Positions 48,601 to 63,348 of a stretch of 64,000 nucleotides of DNA are shown piece by piece (the first letter of the stretch is position 1; every line of letters begins with the position of its first letter). A program made the translations under genes and the position numbers. The notes beneath the pieces are model-generated. The model was not told where the DNA came from. It was given only the letters and a program-made list of their open reading frames with translations, and made no database searches. Origin of the DNA: Guillardia theta CCMP2712 (lineage: Eukaryota; Protista; Cryptophyta); assembly GCF_000315625.1 (NCBI RefSeq), contig NW_005434557.1:134386-198385 (forward strand). Reading direction: 5' to 3'.

Positions 48601-49200
48601 AGATGTTCGTTGATGTCGCATACGAGTGGTGGATGCAAGGAAATGCAGAAAAAGGGTATCCACCTTTCAAAAACCTGGAACCGAGTGATTTTGCCGACCA
48701 GAATGCAAGGAAACGTTTGAGTGACTTCAGGTATCTGATGGGCAAAATAGACCAATGTGCACAGGAGAAAGGAGTGTATAAGGAGAACGCAACCATGGAG
48801 GAAACCAAGGAAATCTTCAAGCAGTGCGTGGAATGCTTGAAACTACCGATGAAAGAAGGGAGGCAAAGACGGACCTGGCAGTCTGTAGCGACCTGGTGCA
48901 GAGAACAAGACGGATTCCAACATTGAGAGCCAGTAGAAAGACAACTGAGATGATTACCGTGACAGAGTTTCTAACAAGATGTATCACGTATGCAAGTGCC
49001 GATGGATGTTCCACAGAAAAAGTGAGTGGTAATGGACGTGCAGGAATGAAGGATGAAGGTGATGGTAGACTAACGGAGTTTGAGGTTGTCTGTATCCTTG
49101 CGAAGTGGCGAAATACTGATCATATTTGAATCGTGAGATTGTAGTTCAAGATCATTCTGTACATCATACATCCATTGTCATATGGCTAGCTATGATGTAC
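45640..49200 (+). mobile_element. Crypton-type (tyrosine recombinase) DNA transposon or derivative; boundaries approximate
   Basis: Lower-GC, microsatellite-free block containing a spliced YR gene. No TIR or LTR seen. Confidence 0.75.
46141..48926 (+). CDS. Crypton tyrosine-recombinase-like protein, 5 exons (46141-47368, 47423-47605, 47660-47723, 47777-47826, 47881-48926)
   Basis: N-terminal Cys/His finger, WNLICRASN, HQKNDQ, HIYANPLNPDICPLLALG, GSHSVRKGSAT, EAAGDQYVGR, C-terminal LPEDFLWP...WW..G...RKRLSDFRYLM domain. Confidence 0.88.
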
Positions 49201-49339
49201 AGAGGAAAGGAATGCTCTCATCTACTCAGAATCGCCAACAGCACTGTGTTTCTTCCTCTTCTGAAGCCATTACGCAAAATTTATAGGATATTTATTTGCT
49301 GTCTTTCATCTTGTTCTGAGAAATGGAACAAAGTTCTGG

Positions 49340-50692
49340 CCAAGGCTCGAACAGTCCCGACTACCATGATTGCCGAGGCACTTGCGAAAGTCGCTCAGGC
49401 AAAGGAGAAGTTGCTTGCCAAGACAGGCGATGTTGAAAAGGCATGAGCTCTAGTCCGGCTGAGAGAGGCAGAGCACGATCTGACTGTGCTCAAGGGAGCT
49501 GACGGTGAGCTTGAAGGCGACGAGAAGAGAGTGGAGGCACAAGTGCGGCTGAGGAGACAGGAGCTCAAGCTAGCCGAGCACAAAGGCGAGAAGGAGTTGG
49601 CGCATGCTGAAAGAAATTTAATGGAGGCGAATCTCAATCTCTCTGTGGCAACTGCGAGTGAATTGCTCAGAAATGCAAGAGAGGAAGATCTTCCTCGACT
49701 TACAAGGAACTCGAGGTTGCAAGGTATGCTCTGATCTCACACCAAGGTGATGGCGCAGGCAAGTTCCTTTCAGGTGAGTCTTGATGCTGGCCCGGAGTTG
49801 TATACCCTCACTGCGTTTTGTGCAGTTCTGTGTGAAATGGCCGCCAAAGATAACGTAATAGAAGTGGCGAAGAAATTGAAGAAATGCCTGAACGAGAGCC
49901 TTGATAGAGGATGGAAGGCAACATCATCACGGGTACAAGCAAGCAAGCAATTCAGTGATTTGAACCCAATCAACAAACTAGTCATGAAAGAGCAAGACGC
50001 TGAGGAATCTTACGTCTGCGTAGTTGCTCTGGGAGTGGAAAGTCTCTTTGCGCTGCCGATTACTTTGTTCGGAATGAAGGTGACAGCATTTGTTTCTCTT
50101 CAACCCTGTAGAAGGGGACCAGACATACCAAGTGCAACCCATCTACAAGAACTTGCAACTCATCACGCAACTGATGAGCAAGGCATTAGAGTGCGATCTT
50201 AGTATCTTGACCAAGCAGTAGGTTGGATCGATGAAGCAAACAGGTCCTCTAACCGCATTGAATTTCAATTTCAGTACCGGACGACCAAGCGGGTGGCATG
50301 TGCTGGGAGTCCTCGGTTGGCTGTGGGATGAGTTGACCACCATCGCCCCGGTTTCTATAGAAGAGGCAGCTGGATGGAAAACGCGTTGGGTGCTTGTGGA
50401 CGAGGTGATTCCTCCTCGGAAAGACGATACTCGCTTTTTCTCAATAATCGCAAAACTCGTGTTATTGACCAACTCTGGAATCAACTGCATCATGTTGGGG
50501 ACCAACGCTCTGGTCATGAATTTCGTACAAGTTACGCGAGTGTCTGAAGACGGTCGCGAGGCTGGTCGAATGCTCTGCTTGACACGTCGCTCTCTTCCTC
50601 CATACATCTTGCCGTCAAACAGTGCTCAAAAGGCCCTGAACAGGATTTTCGGTACACCGCTCTCAGTCATAGTTCGCCGCTCTAAGTCATAG
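49340..50692 (+). pseudogene. Degraded coiled-coil plus NTPase-like (possibly Crinkler-like) gene
   Basis: Coding-like fragments interrupted by stops. Walker-B-like WVLVDE followed by CIMLGTNALVMNF. Confidence 0.35.
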
Positions 50693-51394
50693 TTCACCAA
50701 ACAAGTAAAAATGGATTGACTTGGTACAAGATCATCAAGTTGATCATATGACGAGACCTGGTCCGGAACGAAGGTTTCCGTTTCGAGCTCGACGAGTCAC
50801 ATCTGAGTAAGTACACGGTTCAACGGTTGTCAAGTACGATCTTTGCAGTGAACGAGTTGGATTGTTTTGTTCACTCTCATCCCCAGAACGTGAAGAAAGC
50901 ACGAAAAATGACAATTGTCTGGACGTTGACAGAGAGTGTATGAAGCTCAGCTTCTGTTTGATGAAGTCATCATCAGGTGACTTGCTGCGCCAACTGCACA
51001 TCACGATCGGAAGCAGAACGTCTACCTCATCATGAGGGCTCATCGTCGATGCTTCCGCAAAGGACCGTCCGTGATCGGCAGAGTCTCGGCCGGGCCGCGT
51101 CACGCCGGGTTGCTCAGCTCCTCCGATCACCAATCGGACGGCGCGACTCGTGAAGACTTTGTTCGCGTGACCAACGTGATGAACACAGACCGTCTGGGGA
51201 ACTTCAAGCCCAGCTCGTCATCGGCGACCCGCCGGATCCGTCAGAGGAGCTCGGAACTCGCCGTCATGAGTCCGACTGGCGGGCCGCCGGGGGGCCCGGA
51301 ACGAGCGGGGATGAGGGCGTGGCTTGGTTGTTTCTGGGATCCGGTGCGCAACATGTCGGGATCAGTAGGAGATGGTTGCGGGTAGGCGGCGACG

Positions 51395-54030
51395 ATGCGG
51401 CGACCGCTGCCTCCTCCTCCTCGCATGCCCACCAGCCTCGAGCTCCTGCTCCTGCTCCTGTTGGCATGGACGAGCGTCGGCGAAGCCATGGAATCATGCA
51501 GAGCAGAGGACGGGAGAAAAGAGGTCGAGGAAGGACCGGGAGAGGCGATTTCAGAGCGGGCGAGGGCAGCCCTGTCCTCCTACGAGAAGCTACACGCGAG
51601 GATACTTGATCCGAGAGAGAAGAAGATCAAGAGGAAGTTCCTCGTCCTGCAGGTGAAGAGCATGCTTCCTTGTCGCTGGAAGACGCGTCTGTTGCTGATA
51701 CTGTATTGCTCCAGCCTCTGCTCGGGATGGGGAACTCTCAGATAGAGGAAGCGACTGCCCTGCTGCTGGCGATGCAGACTCGGCGAGCTCTTGTTATCGA
51801 TCTCTTCGACAGGAGGTTCCGCGCTTGTCGGGGCGAGTGTGCTGGTATCCTCACTTTGTTTCTCGCCATCACTGCCGCCACCTCCTGCCATCGCCATCTC
51901 GCTCCAGTGTCGGAGACGGCGGTCCATCATGGTACGCACCGTATCTTGAGACGTACAACAGATCGCACATGGACATGGACAAGGTCTCTCAGCCGATGTC
52001 GATCAGCATGGCTGACAAGAGCCTGGTAGGAGCGGCTTGCGACCTTCCTCCAGAACAACTCTGAGACGAGCCTCCTCCCGGAGGTCAAACCCTGATCTCC
52101 ACTCCTCGCACATGCTCCTGCACTTGTGCGCCTGCTTGCTGGCTCACGCAACTTCTGGTGCAGTTCCGAGAGCATCTATACGCTCAATTCAACGAACTTG
52201 TTGCATGCAAGGTCAGCCTGTCTCCTTCCTGTCTTCCTCCTCCTCCTCCTCCTCCTCCTCCTCCTCCTCCTCCTCCCTGACAACCGACACATTCCAATCT
52301 TGACGCCTCCTCTCCTCCTCTTACCCTCTTCCTCTCAAACCCTCTCTTCCTCTCTCCTCCTCCTCTTCTTCCCCTTCCTCCTCCTTCCACCTCTGAAGCG
52401 ATGACGAAGCGATGGGATCGCGCGCTGACCGGCAAGACTGTGGCGAGTCGGGGAAGGTTCCTGGGGTACCTGCCAGGTGAGGCAGGAGGCTCCAAGGCTG
52501 CTAGTGAGAGGACACAGCCTACCACAACCAGCATCACGGGAAGTGGCTGAGACAAACCTTTGGGGCCTTCTTCTTCCACTTTGCCCTCAACTTTCTCCAC
52601 CGGCCGTCGAAGGAGGTCAAGCTCAAGGTTTGTTTGCGCTGGGAGTGCTGGGAGGCGAGTGAGGGGAGAGGAACAGGTGCAAGGGATCAGGAGCAAGTAT
52701 CTGCTTCACAGCAACTGCTCGATAGGAATCCACATACGGTGAAACATATCCTTGTCCTCTGAAATTGCTGTTGTATCCCCATCCCCCTCCTGCTCTGCTC
52801 TGCTCTGCTCTGCTCTGCTCTGCTCTGCTCTGCTCTGCTCTGCTCTGCCCTGCTCTGCTCTTCTTCTCTTCTCACTCGCTGTCTCAAGGTGGGGGAAACC
52901 CTCCGACCACTATCACTACGTCGATCACAACAGGCCGGAAGAAAGCCTGAAGAAGTACCTTGACTGCAGGTTTAATTTCTTACCTCGCCCCAGTCCCCCC
53001 TTCTCATTCTCCTCCTCCAGCCTCCAACTCTGCCCCAACAAGAACACTACTGTCTACCTGCTAGCGACGGACTCGGTCTCCCAACTCTCATCAGCATATT
53101 CTGCATGCCTGACGGCCTGGCAGCACTGGGTCCGCAAGGAGTTCCGCAAGTTGGTTCCCGACCAGGTCAGAGTTTGGAGCAGCAAACACTCAGTAAAGCC
53201 TGACAATCGCCATCACGTTCATGTAAGCTGCGTGCTGGGCTAGTCTTGCTCCTTTCTTACTCGTCGATGCTCCTCCTCTTCCCAGGCACTGACGGAACAG
53301 ATCGCCCTGGGGGAGTGCGATCATATCATCACAACCAGGTCTAGTGCGAACCCTTCTCTTCCTTTTCTCGGACCCTCCCTCACGTCCTCCCCTTTCTACT
53401 CGCCCTCACCCTTGTCCAACTACCGATCCCAACCCATACTGTCACATCCACTAATCTGAAAGAATTCTTGATCTCATCGCATTGATCTCAGGCTTTCAAC
53501 CTTCAGTTTCTCTATCCATGCGCGAGCGAACAAGCGGCCATGGGTAGTCGCCAAGGACTCTCCATCATGCAAGGTTCTGCTATCAGGACTTTGAGTCGAA
53601 CAAGGCGGTTCTAATGATTGAGGTGCTACAGAGATTGAGCCACAGTCAAGATGGACTGTTTGCAGATCCACCAATCCATGACAAGTCAGTTTCCTGCACC
53701 CTAATGTCTATTGTACCCTCTCTCTGCTTCCTCTTCTCTGTCCTCCCCTCTCCCTCCCTCTTCTCTGCTCTTCCCTCTCCCTCTCCCTCTCTCTCTTCCT
53801 CTTCGACAAGCCCCTTGCTCTTCCTCGCAGTCATCAAGGCCAAGAGGTTGTGACGATGGAGATGCAGGTGGCCGTGGCAGAAGAGCTACTTCAAGGGCCT
53901 TAGCTGCTTCACACACTTCAACAACTCTCTTCTCTCCGCAATGAACGGATACAACGGCGGCGGCGGCAGCAGCAGCCAGGCCTGCTTAATCTCTCCTCTC
54001 TGTCCTGTCTGAGGAGCTGGGACTGATAAG
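51395..54030 (+). CDS. Fucosyltransferase-like glycosyltransferase (GT23/GT37/NodZ-like), multi-exon
   Basis: N-terminal hydrophobic segment, GMGNSQ, IGIHIR, VYLLATDS, ALTEQIALGECDHIITT|..STFS. 3' end approximate. Confidence 0.75.
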
Positions 54031-54204
54031 GGTAAGGAGACTCACTTTCGCAACTGGGAGCATGATAAACACGCGCGCGTTCGTCGATGAGTTTTCACTT
54101 GTTTTACTAGAACAACAACAAACCATGACACATCTCGACCATTCACATCACATCTTGTGTCTACTCACATGAGAGTGAACAAGCGCGCCGACCCTCCGCT
54201 TCCT

Positions 54205-54669
54205 TCACGCCGTCCTTGACTTGATTCCTCGCCCTCGCTTCGCAGTCTTGACAACGGGTTGGCCCTTGCCGGCCCCGATGCTGTTCTTGACCACCGCCTT
54301 GGAAAAGCTCGAGCTCTCCGACGTCTTGCACCACTTCTCGTACTCGTCAATGTGCATCCCGTCCGCGCGCGGCATGCGGTTGCGATGCCACTGAGCTAGC
54401 CGCTTCTGGTAGTCGGCTTCTCGCTTCGCCTTCTCCTCCGCATTGAGCGCCTCTATCATCTCTTTCCTCGTGTTCAAGTCCCTCGACACCTGCAGCTTCA
54501 GCTCTTGGATGTTCTGGGAGGCTCCTCTGAGGCCGAGGGTGAGCGAACCGTCGCGTGCCGGGTGAGGATCAGGTCGTCGAAGAGAAGCAGCGTCTTTGGA
54601 CGAGCGGGAGAGCACAGCATGCAGACGAGGCTCCAAACCCACGTGCGAGCGCGGAGGGTACGAGGACAT
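54205..54669 (-). CDS. Hypothetical protein (short coiled coil; structure uncertain)
   Basis: Coding-like exon 54205-54515 NIQELKLQVSRDLNTRKEMIEALNAEEKAKREADYQKRL... Confidence 0.5.
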   Translation of the reverse strand: MSSYPPRSHVGLEPRLHAVLSRSSKDAASLRRPDPHPARDGSLTLGLRGASQNIQELKLQVSRDLNTRKEMIEALNAEEKAKREADYQKRLAQWHRNRMPRADGMHIDEYEKWCKTSESSSFSKAVVKNSIGAGKGQPVVKTAKRGRGIKSRTA

Positions 54670-55611
54670 GCCAGACTCTCAGGAGGAACGGCAGAAGCAG
54701 TCCGAGGTTGGAGGACTGAGGAGGAGGAGAGGGAGGAGGAGGAGAGGGAGGAGGAGGAGAGGGAGGAGGAGGAGAGGGAGGAGGAGGAGGAGAGGGAGGA
54801 GGAGGAGAGGGAGGAGAGGAGAGGGAGGAGGAGGAGGAGAGGGAGGAGGAGTAGGCGAGGGCGGGGAGGACGCGATGAGAGGGATGATACAAGCCTGAAG
54901 AAGGGAGCTGATCGAAGGTGTTAAGTCAACATTGTGGGTGGGTGGTACCACCCCACCATACTAAATATACTCATTTGTTGGGAAATAGGGGGATGAGACC
55001 ATATCAAGTCAGGACCAAGAATGTACCAGACTCTAGGGGGGTGGGGTGGTGTAAGATGACTCTCGGAAGTACCAAAAGCAAAAAAGAGGGACTCAGGGGG
55101 GTGGTAGGGTACTTAGCTTTCCGTTCGGAACCTCGGAACTCCAATTTAAAGGGTGGGGTGGTATACATGAAAAGGGTAGGGTATACTACCCCACCCCAGG
55201 AATTGCCACCTATAGATTTGAAGGTCGAACGCGCCACTCGGACTCTCGAAGGGCAACTTGAAGAGTTTTGAAGTCAATGGAGGGGGTGGTAGGAGATGAT
55301 GGTAGGGTCCTGATGTGCCCCGGTGATCATGGATATGGGGGAGGGGGTAGGTGTCAGTAGGGTATGGAGAAATCAGTGAGTCAAACAGGAGGTAGGGGTG
55401 GTAGATATGGGATTGGGTGGGGTGGGTGATCAAGTGTATCTACTGTCGCTGACGGAGGACAAAAAAAGAGTCAAAAAGAATCGTGATGAGGCGGGCTTGA
55501 CAGTTCTTAGCTGTGTTGTCCTGGTGCCGCCCGAGTGCTCTGTCACACCATGCTGGTAATGATCCTCCTCCTCCCCCGACCGGCTCCTGCTCCTGCTCCT
55601 GCTGCTCCCGA

Positions 55612-55660
<49 letters not shown>

Positions 55661-55673
55661 GCTCCTGCTCCTG

Positions 55674-55704
<31 letters not shown>

Positions 55705-55857
55705 CGCTCCCGCTCCTGCTCCTGCTCCTGCTCCTGCTCATCATTTGCTTCTTCCCTGTTCCCTGCCCTTCCTCTCTCTCCCCTTCCCTCCCTTTCAATC
55801 CTCCCCCTGCTCCCGTCGGAACTTCTTCTCCCCTACACTCACCTCCCCTTCATCATC

Positions 55858-57683
<1,826 letters not shown>

Positions 57684-57879
57684 GGAGAGGAGACAGAAGG
57701 AGGGAGGAGACGGAAAGGGGGAGGAGGGACAGGAGGAAGGTAGGGAGACAAGAGGTCGGGGAGGAAGGCGAGATGAGCAGACGGAGGGGAAAGAGCAAAC
57801 CTCCTCCTGCTCCCTTCACGGTCTGCTGGCTGGGCGGAGATGATGCTTTCATCGCCTTCGCCGCTTCCCGTTGCTGCTG

Positions 57880-60072
57880 GTGAGGTCACGATAGCCAACG
57901 AGACCGAGCGGGAGGAAACCTGAGCTGTCGGGGACCCTGCACCGAGAGAGCCGGCTCGCTTGCTCCCCGAGGCATCAGGAGGAGGTGCGAGGGCAGCATG
58001 TGCCTGCTTGCTCCTCTTGCTCCTCGGCTGCTGGTCGGAGGAAGCATCGTCTGCCCTTGTCCTCCTCCTCGAGCGCGTGAGGGGCCCGTCTTGATCCATG
58101 TCGGGCGCCTCCTCCTCCCCTTCGCTCCCCTTGCTCTCCTCGATGAACCTGCTCAAGCCCCCTCAGCGTGATGCATACAGGGCGGGGAGGAGCGGAGAAG
58201 GAGAAGGAGATGGTGGTGTGGAAGTTCTGGTGGTAGTGGTGAAAGAGGAGGAGCAGGAGCAGGAGCAGGAGGAGGAGGGGGAGTGGGAGGGGGAGGAGGG
58301 GGGAGGAGATTACGGACCGGCCCTGTGTGGAGGACCATCTCTTGCTGCTCTTCCTCTCGTTGGGCTTACGCAGGCTGGGAACGTGAGCTGACGAGTTTTC
58401 GCCCTCCTGCTGCGACGGTTTCGACCTGAGCAAACAATCAGAGCGGCAGGGGAACAGCAGGAGCGGGTGCTGGACCGTGTCGAGACTGAACGCTGCCTCG
58501 AAGAACGTTCTTGAGCAGGGGCAGAGGCAGGAGCAGGAGCAGGAGCAGGAGCAGCCTTGCTCTTAGTCTGGGCACTCCTGCTACTTCTTGCTGGCGTCTC
58601 CTCGCTGCCGCAGGCTCAGGAGGTTCTGCAGCTGGTTGAGAGAGCCTCACCTGCTCTTCGCGGCTGCTCTCGCCTTGCTCTCCTCCTTGCTCTCCTGCGC
58701 TGCCGAACTCCTCGCGCTCCTCCTCTGCTCCTGCGGCTTCGAGGAGACAGCAGGAGGTTGCCTGCATGCCGGTGAGGAGCAGTAGGAGGGGAGGGAGGAG
58801 GGGAGGGAGCAGGGAAGGGGAAACCTTGAGGACCGCAACCCTCTCGCCTCCTTGGTGACTTCTGCGTGCACGCTCAGCTCAGACGGTCTCCGTTGCCTCT
58901 CTCACCTTGACACTCCTCCTCCTCCTTCTTCCCCCTCTCGTTGCTCGCAGCTCCCGCGGCAGACGCGCTCCTCCTCTCGCTCCTCGACTTGGCCAGCTGC
59001 GAGGCTGGGGTGAGCCCTTCCTCTTCCGATGGGCGACATACCGGTTTCATAGCAAGCTTCTGGTCCTCAATCTTCTGTGCTGCTTCCTTTGCTTCCTCCT
59101 CCTCCTCCTCGTTCTCCTCTTCCTCCTCCTCCTCGTTCTCCTCCTCTTCCATCTCCCCTATTTCCTCTTCCATCTCTTCCTCCTCCTCCTCCTCGCCGTC
59201 CTCCTCCTCCTCCTCCTTGCCGTCATCCTGCTAACCAGTAATAAGGAAATTTTTACATGGCTGAGATCAAACTTCCACCACCTCGTCGTCGTCGTCGTCG
59301 TCGTTTGCTTGCTTGTGAAGCTCCGTCGCCCTCTGATACTTCCTCTCTACTATCCCCAGCAGCCTCTCCGCTTCCTCAGCTCTTTGTGTCTGTTTGTCGA
59401 CCTGCTCATGGTTTAGGCAAGGAAGAAGAAATGAGCAGCAGAGGAGAAGGGCGAGAGAGGAAGGAGAGGGAGGAGGAGGAGAGGAGGAGGACAGGAGGAG
59501 GAGAGGAGGAGGAGGAGGAGGAGGAGGTGGTGGTGGTGGTGGTGGTGGTGGTGGTGGTGGACACCTCAACTCGGATGCTGTGGAGGAATTTCAGCTCGGT
59601 CTCGCGGAGGAAGTTGACTTCCTTGACCTAAAGGGGTGAATGAGCAGAGCGGAAAAGGGGAGGGGAGGGGATAGAGGTATGGAGGACGAAACGGCAGAGG
59701 CTGCCGGAATTAGAGGAATGAGAAGAAGAAACCTGTGACTGGAGCTTGGAGATCTGCTCAGTCAAAGTTTTCCTCTCCTCCTCCAGTTCCTCCTTGAGCT
59801 GCTTCAGCGATTCCATCCTCCCCTTTTGATGTCGTCAGGGCGGGAGGGAGGAGAGAGTAGAAAGGGGGCAGGGAGGAGAGAGTAGGGTGGTGGAGAAGAA
59901 GGAGGGAGGAGGGAGGGAAAGGAACCTGACTGTCCTCAAGCTGTGCTTGCCTGACAAAGCAAATCATCATCATCATCATCATCATTGCTCGACCTCTTCA
60001 AACAAGTTGAGACACTCACAAGCCTTCCGCCTTCTCCTTAAGAGCCACAAATTCTTCATCCTCACTGTCACT

Positions 60073-60122
<50 letters not shown>

Positions 60123-61986
60123 CTCCATGCTTTTGTTCGTCCTCCAGCTTCTTGTCCTCCTCCTCCTCCTCTCCCATGACGTCCGACGCCTCCTCCTCCT
60201 CAATCAATTCTTCCGTCTCGTTCCCATCCTCCTCGGCTTCCTGCTTCCTTCTGCTCTCCTCCTGCTCGCAGAGTCACGGGGTCAATCAACTCCCTTCCTC
60301 GCCACCTGCATGTCTAGCGCAAAAGAGTCGAGGTCCGTCATGAGGAACTTGATCAGCCTGATCATCCCCTCCAGGTCCCTGCGAGTAGATCAACCCTCCT
60401 CCTCGCTCGCGGGAATCGGCTGAGGAGTCTGTGCAAGACGAGGAGGGGAGAGGAGAAGAACAGCGCCGCAGGAGCGGTGGAGGAGACCAGACGACAGCAA
60501 GGAGGAGGTAGGATTATGTGAGTAGGACAGATGAAGGAGGAGCAAGGGAGGGGGGGAGGAGGAGATGAAGGGGCAGGAGCGGGGGAAGACAAGAGGAGTC
60601 TGTTGGACCTCTCAGCATTCTTCAGGGAGTCATGGGACTGATGGAGTTTGAGCTTCATGAGTTTCTCCTCCTCCCTCATCTTCTTCACATCGTCCTCCAG
60701 CTTCTGTCGCTCCGCCTTGGCCTGATCCATCTCATTGACATGCTGGTCCGTGAAGTGCTGACGACAATATCAGAAGCCCCCCCCCTCCTCCTCCTCCTCC
60801 TCCTCCTCCTCCTCCTCCTCCTCCTCCTCTCGCTCCTGCTCCTCGTCTCCTCCTCCTCCTCATCATCATCATCATCGCCATTGAGCGCAACCTGTCGCTT
60901 CTCTTTCTCTGCCTGAAGGTGCACTATCGCTCTCTCCAGACGATCCATCTCAGCAAGACGAGACTGCGCAGACGTCAGGAAGCAGCAGCAGAGGGCGGGC
61001 AGGAGGGGTGAAAGGTGTAGGAAGAGGAGCAGAAGGATGACAAGAGTAGTAAGAGCACGAACAGGAGTAGGATTAGCAGAGAGTGTTTTAGCACTAGGGG
61101 TAGCAGTTGCAGTGGGAGGAGGGTTGAGGAGGAGGGGAAGGAGGAGAAAGAGGAGGAATTGGAGGACGAAGCGTCAGCGACGGTGTAGAAGCAAGAGGAC
61201 AGGAGAAGTAGGAGGAGCGCAGCTGGTCATCTAGCTGCAGGAGGAGGCTGCACCTCATACTCGCTCATCTTCTCCTCCAGCCTCGTTCGTCTCTCTCGCT
61301 CCACTTCAACTTCCGCCAGGCTCCTGACCAACCCGTCAGCCCCTCCTCCTCTCCTGCTCCCTTAACACACTGCCCCTCCGTCCCCCTCTCCTCTCTCCTC
61401 TCCCGCTTCCTTCACATCAGTCGACTCACCGCTTCTTGTCGTCCTCGGCGCTCCGGATCCGAAGCCGCAGGCGCGAATTCTCTGCCTTGAGCTGCGGGAA
61501 ATTCATCACTAGACATGCGGCATACTGCCTCCTCCTCCTATTCATCATTCTCCTCCTCCTTCTCGTCCTCATCCTCGTGCTCGTGCTCCTCCAACCTGGG
61601 CGATGATGTCCTCTTGGGTCAGAGGTCTAGCATCCTGCTGAATGTTCGCCTGCTCGGGGGGAGTTCGTCAGAATGAGCAGATGGAGGACGAGAAGGGAAG
61701 AGATCAAAAGAAATAGGACGGGTGGAAGAGAGGAGAGGAGAGGAGAGGAGAGGAGAGGAGAGGAGAGGAGAGGAGCAGGGAGGGAGGATGAGGATATTGA
61801 GTCAAGTGATCGCACCTGATTCTCTTGGGCATGCATGGAAGGGGAGGGTGACCGCCCGGCCTTTGCCTGCCGCTCCCCGTCACCCGTGAGATTGTCACAG
61901 AGGAAGAAGTCAAACCTGCATGGCAAGCGAGGAGAGCGTGAAGAGTCTTGATGCCGCCATCGCTTCGCTCGGAACGATCCTGCCAT
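57880..61986 (-). CDS. Long coiled-coil, acidic hypothetical protein (multi-exon)
   Basis: Exons LKAENSRLRLRIRSAEDDKK, MDQAKAERQKLEDDVKKMREEEK, MESLKQLKEELEEERKTLTEQISKLQSQ, VKEVNFLRETELKFL. Ends approximate. Confidence 0.65.
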
Positions 61987-62362
61987 GTTTGTCATCACCT
62001 CGCTACGTACTACTACGTCAGATGTGCATTCTTCTCCCTGCCCCTCCCCTTCCTCCCTAGGATGCTCTTTTCAAGTTTGGCGGTCTACACTGCTGACAAG
62101 CCAGCTTCTTCCTCTCTTGACGTCTCCATCATGAGCACTTCAGCTCAGTCTATCTTCATGGCCACTCGTCGCCTGTCGCTCGCTCCCTTCCAGCGCCGCG
62201 TTCCATTGCCCCATCGTGTACGTCTCCTCTCCATCACAGACTCTTGAAACTCCATGACCCAGCCTCCTCCCACCCTCCTCTCTCTCCCCTCATCCTCTCC
62301 CCTCCTCTCTCTCCCCTCATCCTCTCCCCTCCTCTCTCTCACCTCATCCTCTCACCTACTCT

Positions 62363-62394
<32 letters not shown>

Positions 62395-63249
62395 CTCCTC
62401 CTCTTCTCCTCCCACGCTCCTCTTCCCCTCCTCCCGCCCCCATCCGCCTCCACAGTAACTCAGTACCCCCCCACACCCACGTGTTGCCAGCTCTGGGATT
62501 CATGACCGGTACCTTTTCGACAATATTCTTTGAAAAGGGTGGGTGGTCTTGAACCCCCTAGGATCCGACCGGTGGATGGTGTGGGACGAGGGGGAAGAGA
62601 AGTAGGCGAAGCCAGTTACCCGCTCCTTTCCTGCCGCTCCGCTCCGCTCCCCGCTCCTCTCCTCCTCTCCTCCTCTCCCCGCTCCTCTCCTCCTCTCCCC
62701 GCTCCTCTCCTCCTCTCCCCGCTCCTCTCCTCCTTCACTCCTCTCCTCCTTCACTCTTCTCCTTCACTCCTCTCCTCCTTCACTCCTCTCCTCCTTCACT
62801 ACTCTCCTCCTTCACTACTCTCCTCCTTCACTGCTCTCCTCCTTCACTCCTCCTCTCCTTCACTGCTCTCCTCCTTCACTCCTCTCCTCCTTCACTACTC
62901 TCCTCCTTCACTACTCTCCTCCTTCACTACTCTCCTCCTTCACTACTCTCCTCCTTCACTGCTCTCCTCCTTCACTGCTCTCCTCCTTCACTGCTCTCCT
63001 CCTTCACTCCTGTCCTGTCCTGTCCTGTCCTGTCCTGTCCTGTCCTGTCCTGTCCTGTCCTTAACCCACATCACTCCCTTCACTTCGCCTCCCCTACTCT
63101 TTTTTCTCTGTCTCTGTCTCTGTCTCTGTCCCTGTCTCTCTCGCCTCAAGGTGTTGTACGTCAATAAAACGCGCGAAGAAAGAGAGCACAAAGCGCATCT
63201 TGTCGCTACGGCAGCAGAGGAAGCCAACGAAAGGTCTCCATGGAACGAT

Positions 63250-63348
63250 GAAAGGATACAGCATGCGTAGAGGAGAGGCTCAGAAAGGGTACAAAATGCG
63301 TAGAGGAGAGGCTCAGAAAGGGTACAAAATGTGTAGAGGAGAGGCTCA
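63250..63348. repeat. 33-bp tandem repeat (about 3 copies)
   Basis: atgcgtagaggagaggctcagaaagggtacaaa repeated. Confidence 0.85.

Noticed and set aside
49181-49185. TATGG as a Crypton terminal direct repeat
   Set aside because: No convincing partner found near the presumed left end, and a 5-mer is uninformative without multi-copy alignment
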